From an uncultured archaeon (GTDB taxonomy: Archaea; Thermoproteota; Nitrososphaeria_A; Caldarchaeales; Wolframiiraptoraceae): DNA of 64,000 bases. The notes beneath the pieces are model-generated. The model searched no databases. It saw only the letters and a list, made by a program, of their open reading frames with translations, and was not told where the DNA came from. Shown here piece by piece: positions 1 to 9,014 of the stretch (position 1 is its first letter; each line of letters starts with the position of its first letter). Where the stretch lies: assembly GCA_938083505.1 (NCBI GenBank), contig CALKCF010000006.1, positions 32,001-96,000 of the forward strand, read 5' to 3'. The position numbers and the translations under genes are program-made.

Positions 1-307
1 CCAATTCACACTTTTTCCTAAACATACGAATAATTTCTAAGGCTTTTTCCGGTGCTGCGAGTTTATTGCTAAGATGAGCATAAGGATATATTAATATGCG
101 TTTACTGCCAACATTTGATGAATACTCCTTCAGCTCGCTTACAGCCTTATCTACTGCAGCCTCGTCATCTCCTTCCTCTATAGCTGTAAGAACCAAAATT
201 ACGTCCTCAAACCTCTTGCGACCCATCTCTGCCTCTTCAGATACTCTACTTTCCTTCTCCACTGGCTCGTACTCAATAAAGTCCGTATGTAATATCAGTA
301 ATTTCAT
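1..307 (-). CDS. thrS: Threonyl-tRNA synthetase, archaeal N-terminal editing domain (runs off the window start)
   Basis: Manual translation from ATG 307: MKLLILHTDFIEYEPVEKE...RILIYPYAHLSNKLAAP. YPYAHLS is the archaeal ThrRS editing-domain motif. Not in the ORF track. A standalone editing protein cannot be excluded. Confidence 0.9.
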   Translation of the reverse strand, partial: MKLLILHTDFIEYEPVEKESRVSEEAEMGRKRFEDVILVLTAIEEGDDEAAVDKAVSELKEYSSNVGSKRILIYPYAHLSNKLAAPEKALEIIRMFRKKCEL

Positions 308-421
308 GGTTTGTTAAAATTAGTAAGTTTATTGCTAAAATATAGATTTTGTTCTGCACTAATCTGACGATTTGTTTAAATAAACCTTTTTTAGAACGTA
401 ATAGGAGGGTGTTAGACCCTA

Positions 422-2077
422 AAGATTCTGATAACGGCTGCTTTACCATATTCCTACGCGCCAAGACACTTTGGTCACCTTAGTGGAGCGTATCTTCCAG
501 CTGACATATTTGCACGTTTCATGAGGATGCTTGGACACGAAGTACTGTTTGTGTGTGGAACTGATGAAAACGCATCCAGCATTGTACTCGAGGCTACGAA
601 AAAGGGCATGAGACCGCAACAGTTATGTGATACATTTTACCCAATTCAAAGAGATACCTTCGCTAAGCTTGGAATAAGTTTCGACATCTTCTCCAGAACC
701 TCTAAAAAAATTCACTACGACACCGTGTATGAGTTTTACACTAGATTGTGGGAAAAAGGTTACATATACAAGAAGAGAATAAAGCAGTGGTATTGCCCAA
801 AGGATGAGAAAGTATTGCCCGATAGATTCGTGAAAGGTGCATGCCCAGTTTGTGGAGCGCCAGACCAGTATGGTGAGGCTTGTGAAGTATGTGCAAGTTG
901 GTATGAAGCTATTGAACTGATAGATCCCGTTTGTACTTTGTGCGGCGGTAAGCCAGTAATCATAGAAAAAGATCATTACTTCTTAAAGTTGTCGGCTCTG
1001 ACGCAAGATGTGCTTAATTATGTGAAACCTAAGAAATTCTGGAGAAAATCAACCTACAATAAGACGATATCTTGGTTAGAAAACGAAGGGCTGAGGGACA
1101 AAGACATAACAAGAGATTATGATTGGGGACCTCCTGCACCCTTTCCCGGGGCAGAAGGTCAGGTACTTTATAATTGGGCTGAAAATCTGCTGGGTTACAT
1201 ATCAGCAACTAAAGACTGGTGCATACAGATTGGACAACCTAATGCGTGGAAGAAGTTTTGGCTAGATCCAGAGACAAGGCTATACTGCTTTATAGGAAAG
1301 GATAATCTTTTCTTTCATACCATCTTATTTCCAGCCATACTTATAGCGCATGGTGATTACATTTTGCCCTATAATGTCGTTGTAAACGAATTCGTAAATC
1401 TCGAAGGGCAAAAACTTTCAACAAGCAGGGGTTGGGTCATTTGGCTTCATGAAATGCTTGAAAGCTATGACCCAGACCTGATTAGGTACTACGCCGCTAT
1501 AATAGCCCCTGAAACGAAGGATTCAGATTTTAGGTGGAGAGATTTTCAGGCAAAAATAAACAACGAACTCGTAGCAACTCTTGGTAATTTCATTCATAGA
1601 GTGTTACTATTTATTCATACTAAGTTCGGAGGTACAGTGCCCGAGCCAGGTGAGCTTGAAACGCAAGATAAAGAGCTTTTGAAAAATGTGGAGAGGTTTG
1701 TTGTCATGTTTAAAAACAGATTGGAGAATTGTCGTTTTAAGTCAGGGTTAAAACTCATCTTAGAGCTAGCTCAGTTGGGGAATAGGTACTTAAATGATAT
1801 GAAACCGTGGGCCGTGTTGGAAAACGCACCTAGGGCGATATATACAGCATTGCAAGTAGTTAAAACACTTTGCGTTCTTATGGTGCCCTTTTTACCTTTT
1901 TCAGCTTATAAACTTATGGGCATGTTAAATCTAAACTTAACACCGGAGACTGTAAGGTTAGAAGAATTTAGAATACCTATTAAACCGCAACATAAAATCA
2001 ACAAACCAGAGCCTTTATTCAGAAGAGTAACTGATGAAGAAATATCAAAACATATAGCAAAGCTTAATTTAACGTAA
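422..2077 (+). CDS. metG: Methionyl-tRNA synthetase (start codon uncertain)
   Basis: The frame extends upstream of ATG 521 as KILITAALPYSYAPRHFGHLSGAYLPAD (HIGH-type motif HFGH). Also GTDE, two Zn-knuckle CxxC pairs, FIGKDN and KLSTS. An in-frame TAG lies at 413-415. Confidence 0.95.
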   Translation, partial: KILITAALPYSYAPRHFGHLSGAYLPADIFARFMRMLGHEVLFVCGTDENASSIVLEATKKGMRPQQLCDTFYPIQRDTFAKLGISFDIFSRTSKKIHYDTVYEFYTRLWEKGYIYKKRIKQWYCPKDEKVLPDRFVKGACPVCGAPDQYGEACEVCASWYEAIELIDPVCTLCGGKPVIIEKDHYFLKLSALTQDVLNYVKPKKFWRKSTYNKTISWLENEGLRDKDITRDYDWGPPAPFPGAEGQVLYNWAENLLGYISATKDWCIQIGQPNAWKKFWLDPETRLYCFIGKDNLFFHTILFPAILIAHGDYILPYNVVVNEFVNLEGQKLSTSRGWVIWLHEMLESYDPDLIRYYAAIIAPETKDSDFRWRDFQAKINNELVATLGNFIHRVLLFIHTKFGGTVPEPGELETQDKELLKNVERFVVMFKNRLENCRFKSGLKLILELAQLGNRYLNDMKPWAVLENAPRAIYTALQVVKTLCVLMVPFLPFSAYKLMGMLNLNLTPETVRLEEFRIPIKPQHKINKPEPLFRRVTDEEISKHIAKLNLT

Positions 2078-2106
2078 AAAATAAATTAAGGACTTTAAAA
2101 TCACAT

Positions 2107-3258
2107 TCAATGTACATGTGTATTTTCTATTGAAAGTCTTCTGATTCCGAGTTCGGCCACTATTCTTTCTAACTCATACTCTAACTCGTTGTCGATGGTA
2201 AATTGAGCCGGGATGGCAGGTTGTGGAATTTTAAATTCCTCATTCGTTTTCGGCAAACTTGTAGTCTCAATTTCAGCACTACTACTGAATGCATCGCTAA
2301 GACCTGTAAGTATAAGCGAAACTTGCATTGTTGATGCGTAATAATTATCAATCCTTGCACCCCATATTACAAGAGTATCCATACCCATCAGCTCCGATAT
2401 TATTTCCGCCGGTCTTGCTGCCTCGCTCAGCTTCATATCCTCACCACCTGTGACATGCACTATTGCACCCGATAACTTCTCGTAAGTTACGTCGAGCAAT
2501 GGTGATTGCAGAGCGTTAAAAGTGGCCTCTTCAGCCCTGTTTGGTGACGAAGACCTACCTATGCCTAAAGATGCTAGGCTACCCTTCTCAACGAGGGTTT
2601 TGAAATCTGCGTAGTCTATGTTTATCAAACTTGGCTTCACTATTGATTCTGTTATACTAAGCATCATATTATTTATTACATCATCAACTAACGAGAATGC
2701 TGTCCTTAACTCATACTGTGGATAGAAATCTATTAACTTGTTGTTATCTATTAATACCACAGTATTGCATACTTCTTTTAACCTTTGCAATCCCTGTAGC
2801 GCTATTTTCTTTCGAACATTACCTTCGAACCTAAAGGGTAAAGTTGCTACGCTGATGACTATAGCTCCCAACTCTTTTGCTATCGATGCAACTACAGGCG
2901 CGCCTCCAGTGCCGGTACCGCCACCCAAGCCTGCCATCACAAAGACTATATCTGCATCGCTGAGCAAATTTCTAAATTCGTCCTCACATTCCTCGGTTGC
3001 CATCCTACCCTTTTCCGGGTTTCCGCCAGAGCCCCTAAACCTCGTTGTGTTTTTCCCAAGTACAATCTTGTGGTGAGCTCTAACCATTTCTAGATGTTGC
3101 ACATCTGTGTTTGCTGCAATTGTTATAACACCATTTAATCCTTGTGAAGCCAGCCGGCTGATAGTGTTACAGCCAGCCCCACCTATGCCGACCAGCTTTA
3201 TACGAATGCCGTCAATTTTTTCAACATCACTAGGACTAGCTAGCATAATCTCACTCAC
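2107..3258 (-). CDS. ftsZ: Cell division protein FtsZ (FtsZ2-like)
   Basis: GIGGAGCN, NTD, GGGTGTG tubulin signature; PSLINIDYAD T7 loop typical of FtsZ2. Confidence 0.95.
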   Translation of the reverse strand: MSEIMLASPSDVEKIDGIRIKLVGIGGAGCNTISRLASQGLNGVITIAANTDVQHLEMVRAHHKIVLGKNTTRFRGSGGNPEKGRMATEECEDEFRNLLSDADIVFVMAGLGGGTGTGGAPVVASIAKELGAIVISVATLPFRFEGNVRKKIALQGLQRLKEVCNTVVLIDNNKLIDFYPQYELRTAFSLVDDVINNMMLSITESIVKPSLINIDYADFKTLVEKGSLASLGIGRSSSPNRAEEATFNALQSPLLDVTYEKLSGAIVHVTGGEDMKLSEAARPAEIISELMGMDTLVIWGARIDNYYASTMQVSLILTGLSDAFSSSAEIETTSLPKTNEEFKIPQPAIPAQFTIDNELEYELERIVAELGIRRLSIENTHVH

Positions 3259-3403
3259 TTGCCGGCATCTCCTCCATTATGAAATCTCTAACGGCCGTTC
3301 TTATTGCCTCGGCCCTGTTTGGGTAAAGCTTTCGTCTTACGAGCTCGTCTATTACTTCAAGGTAAACCTCTGGAAGGTGAACAGTTACAACCTTCACCAT
3401 CAT
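3251..3403 (-). CDS. cdrS: Ribbon-helix-helix regulator, CdrS-like (50 aa)
   Basis: Manual translation MMVKVVTVHLPEVYLEVIDELVRRKLYPNRAEAIRTAVRDFIMEEMPASE. SD-like GAGGTG at 3410-3405. Overlaps the ftsZ start by 8 nt. Confidence 0.85.
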   Translation of the reverse strand: MMVKVVTVHLPEVYLEVIDELVRRKLYPNRAEAIRTAVRDFIMEEMPASE

Positions 3404-3587
3404 CCACCTCTTTTACTTGGAGCAAGCTAAAAGTGAAGGTATCAGAAATCTATTGTTAATACGTCGGTATATTTGCACGAGCTACGCATGAGCGATTTCT
3501 GCTAAATAAAATATCATAAATTGACAATTTCCATCGGAAAAATGTGTCAAACTTTTCAAAAATAAAGATTTTTTAGTCCAAAAATAT

Positions 3588-3992
3588 ATGGAAGTTGGGA
3601 TGCGACAAAGGCAAGAATTGACTGAAAAACTGCTTAAGATTATGAATGACTTGAAGTCTGAAAGCGAGTTAGGTGCAGTCATATTGGTCGAAGGAAAGCA
3701 TGATGAGGAATGTCTTAAACGACTGGGCATAAAGGGTACGATACTCAGGTATACTTCTATAAGAACCTTGCTAAATTGGGCTGAAAATAACAGCGCGACT
3801 AGATTAATAGTGTTAACAGATTTAGATATCGAGGGGAAAAGTATCGCTAGAAAGATTGTCGCAAATTTATCAGGACGTATGAAAGAAATCGACATTTCAT
3901 ATATGAGAAAGTTGTCAATATTGAGAAAGATAGGTATAAGTGAAATAAAAGATATAATCAACCTTATACCAGAAAGTGGACCGGTCTATTAA
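3588..3992 (+). CDS. Small TOPRIM-domain protein
   Basis: ILVEGKHD and LTDLDIEG TOPRIM motifs. Confidence 0.85.
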   Translation: MEVGMRQRQELTEKLLKIMNDLKSESELGAVILVEGKHDEECLKRLGIKGTILRYTSIRTLLNWAENNSATRLIVLTDLDIEGKSIARKIVANLSGRMKEIDISYMRKLSILRKIGISEIKDIINLIPESGPVY

Positions 3993-5290
3993 ACTGATGC
4001 TTGTCCTAAAAACTCCTCCGTAACAGAAAGCAAGCATTCTATATCTTCTTCGGAGTGGGCTGCTGAGGGGGCAAACACTTGCTTGCTGGGTTTCATGCAA
4101 AGAATGTTGTTGTTAAGTAGAAAGTAAAAGTAATCTTTTGCGAGTTTGGTATCACCTATTGCGCTTATGACGTCTTTTGGTTTCTCTTTTGTGAAATGTA
4201 CTGCAAATAGGGACCCCACGCCGGTAACATGAGCAACCACTTTATTTCTGCTGAATATATCTTCTAGTCCTTTCCTAGCTTTCTCACCAAGTGCGTTTAT
4301 CTTTAGATACACTTCGCCTTTTATCAACTCGCTCAACAACGTGTAACCTGCCCTAGCTGTAAGCGGGTTCCCAGCATAGGTTCCGCCGTGGAACGACATC
4401 TCATAATGCTTCCTTTTAGTCTGATCTAATAGCTCCATGACGTCCTCTCTGCCACCAAAACCTCCAGCAGGAAATATGCCTCCACCGAGAATCTTCCCAA
4501 AGACTGTAATGTCTGGTAATACGCCGTAGTACTCCTGTGCACCACCCTTAGCCAACCTAAAGCCCGTTACCACTTCGTCGAATATTAAGAGGGCATTAAC
4601 TTCATCACAAAGTTCTCTGAGACCTTTCAAGAACTCTCTATCAGCAGGTATCATACCGTTAGAGCCCATAACGGGTTCTAGGATTATGCATGCAAGCTTT
4701 TCACCTTTTATCCTCTGCCTCACACCTTCGAGGTCGTTGAATGGCAAGAGTATTGTATCGTTCATAACACAATCTGTCAAACCTAATGACGGTGGTTTAT
4801 TTAACGGAGGATTAACAGCTTTGTGTAACGCATCATAACCACCATGCCAATGCCCCTCAAACTTTGCTATCTTGTTTTTCTTTGTGTATGCCCTAGCAAG
4901 TCTGATGCCATACATGTTAGCTTCAGTACCACTGTTTGTAGCTCTGAATAACTTTACGCTCGGAACCATCCTTGTTACAATTTCTGCCAACCTTATTTCC
5001 CACTCATGACAAAAACCGAGATGAGCGCCCAGTTCAAGCTGCTCTTTTGCGGCCCTGATGACCGGTTCATATGCGTGTCCCATTATGATCGCAGTGTGCC
5101 CCATCCAGAAGTCTAAATATTCATTCTCGTCAACATCCCATATCCTACTACCCTTAGCCTTGAAGACATAGATCGGATATGGTTCCCAGTACTTTATAGC
5201 ATAAGTAACGCCTCCAGGTAGGAACTTTTTCGCTTCCTCATAGAGGGTCCATGAGTTTTGCGTTCTGAGCTTGTAAAGCTCCTGAATCAC
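3989..5290 (-). CDS. hemL: Class III aminotransferase, glutamate-1-semialdehyde 2,1-aminomutase-like
   Basis: SGTEA, FEGHWHG, LIFDEVVTGFR, FGKILGGG (PLP lysine), HGGTYAGNP. Confidence 0.8.
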   Translation of the reverse strand: MIQELYKLRTQNSWTLYEEAKKFLPGGVTYAIKYWEPYPIYVFKAKGSRIWDVDENEYLDFWMGHTAIIMGHAYEPVIRAAKEQLELGAHLGFCHEWEIRLAEIVTRMVPSVKLFRATNSGTEANMYGIRLARAYTKKNKIAKFEGHWHGGYDALHKAVNPPLNKPPSLGLTDCVMNDTILLPFNDLEGVRQRIKGEKLACIILEPVMGSNGMIPADREFLKGLRELCDEVNALLIFDEVVTGFRLAKGGAQEYYGVLPDITVFGKILGGGIFPAGGFGGREDVMELLDQTKRKHYEMSFHGGTYAGNPLTARAGYTLLSELIKGEVYLKINALGEKARKGLEDIFSRNKVVAHVTGVGSLFAVHFTKEKPKDVISAIGDTKLAKDYFYFLLNNNILCMKPSKQVFAPSAAHSEEDIECLLSVTEEFLGQASV

Positions 5291-5308
5291 ATCAAAAACA
5301 CTTCCAAC

Positions 5309-6253
5309 CTATTCTGAAGACCTAAGGGCTAAAAGTTTAACCTTTGTCCTAATCAAACTCATACCTCTGACTAGGCTTACTTCTACCTCAGCTCCAACTT
5401 TTTTCGACTCGATAGTCTTCTTTAGCATCTCGATAGAGTTTACGTTTTCACCATCTATCGCAACTATTATATCACCTTCCTTTATGCCGGCTAAATGAGC
5501 TGGACTATTCGGTGCGACCCTGTAGACTAAAACACCCTCCTCGACTGGAAAGTTATAGTATGCTGATATCGCGGGGTTAAGGGACACTCCTATTATACCA
5601 AGCCACGGTCTTCTAACGTAGCCTATTACCATAATTTCTTCTGCAACCCTCTTTGCAGTGTTTATCGGTATTGCAAAACCTATACCTTGGGCAAATGGTA
5701 TTATTGCCGTTGTAATTGCTATAACTTCACCTGCTAAGTTTATTAGAGGTCCGCCACTATTACCTGGATTTATAGCAGCATCAGTTTGGACGAGCCCCTC
5801 CATCAGGCCGAAGCGCGTCCGTATATTTCTATTTAGTGCACTGATTACACCTAATGTTACTGTAGGACCACCTGTCAAACCAAATGGATTCCCTATGGCT
5901 ATCACAAATTGTCCAACTTTAAGCTTTGAAGAATCGCCTAACTTAGCTGCTTGTAATCCTCTTTTATCAACCTTTATGACGGCGATGTCTGTCGCGATGT
6001 CTTTGCCGATAACTTCACCGCTCAGAACCTCCCCGTTATATAACGTAACGTTTATTCTTTGAGCTGCTTCGACTACGTGAGCATTAGTTATAATATACCC
6101 ATTTTGATCAAACACTATTCCTGAGCCTACACCGCTTACTGGTTCGATTTCAAAAGGAGAGAGTTGAAGAAGGTGTATTGTGCTAACGTTTACTACGGAG
6201 ACCACAACTTTTTCTATGGCGGAGGTTATTGTATCTTCATCTATTAAGACCAT
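5309..6253 (-). CDS. htrA: HtrA/DegP-family serine protease with a PDZ domain, no obvious signal peptide
   Basis: TNAHVV, DIAVIK, TDAAINPGNSGGPL, C-terminal PDZ. ATG 6253 is preferred over 6328, which overlaps the divergent gene. Confidence 0.9.
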   Translation of the reverse strand: MVLIDEDTITSAIEKVVVSVVNVSTIHLLQLSPFEIEPVSGVGSGIVFDQNGYIITNAHVVEAAQRINVTLYNGEVLSGEVIGKDIATDIAVIKVDKRGLQAAKLGDSSKLKVGQFVIAIGNPFGLTGGPTVTLGVISALNRNIRTRFGLMEGLVQTDAAINPGNSGGPLINLAGEVIAITTAIIPFAQGIGFAIPINTAKRVAEEIMVIGYVRRPWLGIIGVSLNPAISAYYNFPVEEGVLVYRVAPNSPAHLAGIKEGDIIVAIDGENVNSIEMLKKTIESKKVGAEVEVSLVRGMSLIRTKVKLLALRSSE

Positions 6254-6318
6254 AATCCATATTTTTGTAGAATAGTATACCTTTATATTGTTATCGCTGA
6301 TGGTCCTTGGTATAGAAC

Positions 6319-6999
6319 ATGATTGCAAATAATTCTGCCATCAGGTTTGAGAATGTCTGGAAGATTTACCGTATGGGTAATGTCGAGTTTCCAGCGTTGC
6401 GAGGCATAACGTTGTCTATTGAAAAGGGCGAGTTCGTCTCGGTTGTCGGACCAAGCGGTAGCGGAAAATCTACTTTGCTTCATATAGCTGGTGCGTTAGA
6501 TAGGCCGACAAAAGGTAAGGTATTCATAGACGGTGTAGACGTTTCTACATTAAACGATACTGAGCTAAGTGAGCTAAGAAACAGAACGATTGGGTTTGTA
6601 TTCCAAGCATACAACTTGATTCCCAGATTGACCGCTAAACAAAACGTAGAACTTCCATTGATGCTAAGAGGTGTTCCTTCAAATGAAAGAGAGATGTTAG
6701 CGATTAGAGCACTCGATTTGGTTGGGCTAGCATCAAAACTTAACAATAAGCCCACAGAGCTGAGCGGTGGCGAACAGCAACGTGTAGCAATAGCCAGAGC
6801 TATAGTGACTGACCCGAAGATCCTGCTATGTGATGAGCCTACTGGTAATCTTGACTCGAAGTCTGCAGAAGGTGTAGTAAATGTTATAAAAAACATAAAT
6901 AGAAGATACCGGTCTACGGTTGTTGTGGTAACGCATAACGTGGAGATAGCGGAGGCAGCTGAACGGATAATCAGATTAAAGGATGGTAGAATTTTATGA
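6319..6999 (+). CDS. ABC transporter ATP-binding protein (LolD/MacB family)
   Basis: GPSGSGKST, LSGGEQQRVAIARA, DEPTGNLD. Confidence 0.95.
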   Translation: MIANNSAIRFENVWKIYRMGNVEFPALRGITLSIEKGEFVSVVGPSGSGKSTLLHIAGALDRPTKGKVFIDGVDVSTLNDTELSELRNRTIGFVFQAYNLIPRLTAKQNVELPLMLRGVPSNEREMLAIRALDLVGLASKLNNKPTELSGGEQQRVAIARAIVTDPKILLCDEPTGNLDSKSAEGVVNVIKNINRRYRSTVVVVTHNVEIAEAAERIIRLKDGRIL

Positions 7000-9014
7000 A
7001 GGGGCATAAGATGCTTTTAGCGGTAATATTATCAATAATGCTTGTAGTCACGCTCATGAGTCTGACGGGTGTACATTCAGAGAACATAATGGTTGTAGAA
7101 GCATTTTGGGGTGATTTGGGCAATAAGATCGAAGTTGACGCAGGTGACAAGAACGTACCATTGATTTTACAGATGGTTAATGCAAGAAGGGAACAAATCA
7201 TAGGTGTAAAAGGCTACATAGTTCTTCCTGAAGGGTTTGAGGATTCTTTGAAGAAATCCAGATACACCAGTGAAGCAGTCTATGCTGAACCCGTGCCAAG
7301 TGGACGGTCCTTTACGCTCCGCTACCTCGTCGATATATCTGAGAGGTTAAAACCCGGCCTTTACAAAGCATATGCAATCATATATTATAAATATTATGAC
7401 GAAGATGAGAAAGACCTTGTCAGCTCCTCATCGTATGTTTACTTTGATCTAAGAATCACCGGAAAGAGTTTAGCTTCGATCAAGACTGAGCATAGCTCCT
7501 TGATACCGGGTACGATAAATGAGGCTAAGATCGTAATATCTAATGACGGTACTGCATATATGTATAACGTAATGATTTCAGTAGGAGACCCGGACATAGC
7601 TGGTGTGACCTTAGTTGATACAAAACGTTCTTGGCAATTTAGTAGGATTCCATCCAATACCAATGTTGTGCTGCCCATACTACTACAAATAGAAAATTAT
7701 GCCGCAAACAAAGCATTACGTATGCCGGTAGACGTTACGTATCTAGACTCTTATGGGCAGCAAAAGAGGCTCCAACACAACGCTATGTTTCGCATAGGCA
7801 CACAAATAAGCGAGAGGATAAAAATTGAGGCAACATTTGACAATGATCTACTATCACCCACAACGGTAAACCAGTTAAAAATAACAATTCGGAATGAAGG
7901 GAGTGAGCCCGCGTACTCTTTGGAGGCTGAGCTAATACTTCCGCAAAGTGAGCCTGCGTTTCTCACATTTGTCGGAAAACCCGGCAGATGGAGCTTAAAA
8001 GAGCTGAAACCTGGAGAGGAATGTCCGCTAAATTTCGAGCTATTCGCCAGCCAGTTGGCTTCTGGTAAGTCATTCCAGCTTTCGTTGAAGTTATCCTATA
8101 GAGATATTTACAATAACTCATATGAGGAGACCAGAACAATAGGTGTGAGGGTTGCAGACCAACCACTTTCCAAAGCATTCAAAATAACATCGGGAGCTTA
8201 CTTAACGTCCGGTTCTATAAATAGTATGGAAATACTTGTGAAGAACTTAAAACCCTACGTGCTTAAGGACGTTTCGATAACGTTGGATTCCACAACTGGC
8301 TGGCTAACTCTACTGGAAGGTGCTAGAGAGTATTTCAAGGAGATACGTTCGGAGGAGGAAGTTGTGCTAAACATTCTTATATTTGTCTCAGAGCAGACCT
8401 TTGAAAGGTTATCCACTGTTGGGTACTCGGCTTACATAAACGTGAACGTCGAGTACATAGATTGGCAGGGCGTAACAAAAACGGAGAATTATAGATTGGG
8501 ATATTATATCAGAGGTATAATAGACTTAAAACTTCAAGACCTCAGCTTTGAGATCATAAATAGACAACCATACATCGTCGGAAGGTTGTTGAACGAAGGT
8601 AATGAGCCAGCATACTTTACGAGGGTTTCGTTGGTTGATATTAATGATGTGATGCGTCCGCTTAAGTCCATTTATATCGGAGATGTGAACCCAAATGCTC
8701 CGCTGATGTTCAATCTACCGATAGCCGTCGTAGGGAACATCACACCCGGAAGCTACACTTGTAAAATCTTAGTCGAATACAAAGATACGTTAAGGAACAA
8801 TTTATCGAAAATACTTGTACATAATATAATAATTACAAGTAATTGGCCGCAGCCCCAAGAAAAAACGAGCATTAGCTTATCCGATACCATTTGGTATACA
8901 GCCGCTATCTTAATTGGCATGGCCGTTGTTGCTTCTCTCATATCAGTGATTAAGATAAGGGGGAGAAGGGGACGAGAATCGTTGATACACTCTGGTACGC
9001 CTTCAGCGGCTTAA
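6996..9014 (+). CDS. Secreted, C-terminally anchored repeat protein (COG1361/S-layer-domain-like) of the ABC operon
   Basis: N-terminal signal peptide, repeated NxG...Y.D Ig-like modules, C-terminal TM plus basic tail; lies between the ATPase and the permease. Confidence 0.7.
   Translation: MKGHKMLLAVILSIMLVVTLMSLTGVHSENIMVVEAFWGDLGNKIEVDAGDKNVPLILQMVNARREQIIGVKGYIVLPEGFEDSLKKSRYTSEAVYAEPVPSGRSFTLRYLVDISERLKPGLYKAYAIIYYKYYDEDEKDLVSSSSYVYFDLRITGKSLASIKTEHSSLIPGTINEAKIVISNDGTAYMYNVMISVGDPDIAGVTLVDTKRSWQFSRIPSNTNVVLPILLQIENYAANKALRMPVDVTYLDSYGQQKRLQHNAMFRIGTQISERIKIEATFDNDLLSPTTVNQLKITIRNEGSEPAYSLEAELILPQSEPAFLTFVGKPGRWSLKELKPGEECPLNFELFASQLASGKSFQLSLKLSYRDIYNNSYEETRTIGVRVADQPLSKAFKITSGAYLTSGSINSMEILVKNLKPYVLKDVSITLDSTTGWLTLLEGAREYFKEIRSEEEVVLNILIFVSEQTFERLSTVGYSAYINVNVEYIDWQGVTKTENYRLGYYIRGIIDLKLQDLSFEIINRQPYIVGRLLNEGNEPAYFTRVSLVDINDVMRPLKSIYIGDVNPNAPLMFNLPIAVVGNITPGSYTCKILVEYKDTLRNNLSKILVHNIIITSNWPQPQEKTSISLSDTIWYTAAILIGMAVVASLISVIKIRGRRGRESLIHSGTPSAA

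Noticed and set aside
392-421. Amber readthrough or pyrrolysine at TAG 413 of the metG frame
   Set aside because: The upstream frame has another TAG at 392 with no canonical start in between, and no pyl genes were seen.
399-430. Possible second BHB intron at the metG 5' end (TAG|GAGG plus hairpin, resembling the cbf5 intron start)
   Set aside because: The required central helix (TAAT/AAAG) does not pair, and the analogous excision creates no start codon.
5290-5311. htrA stop codon in frame with hemL (possible readthrough fusion)
   Set aside because: One-in-three chance; both proteins are complete and functionally unrelated.
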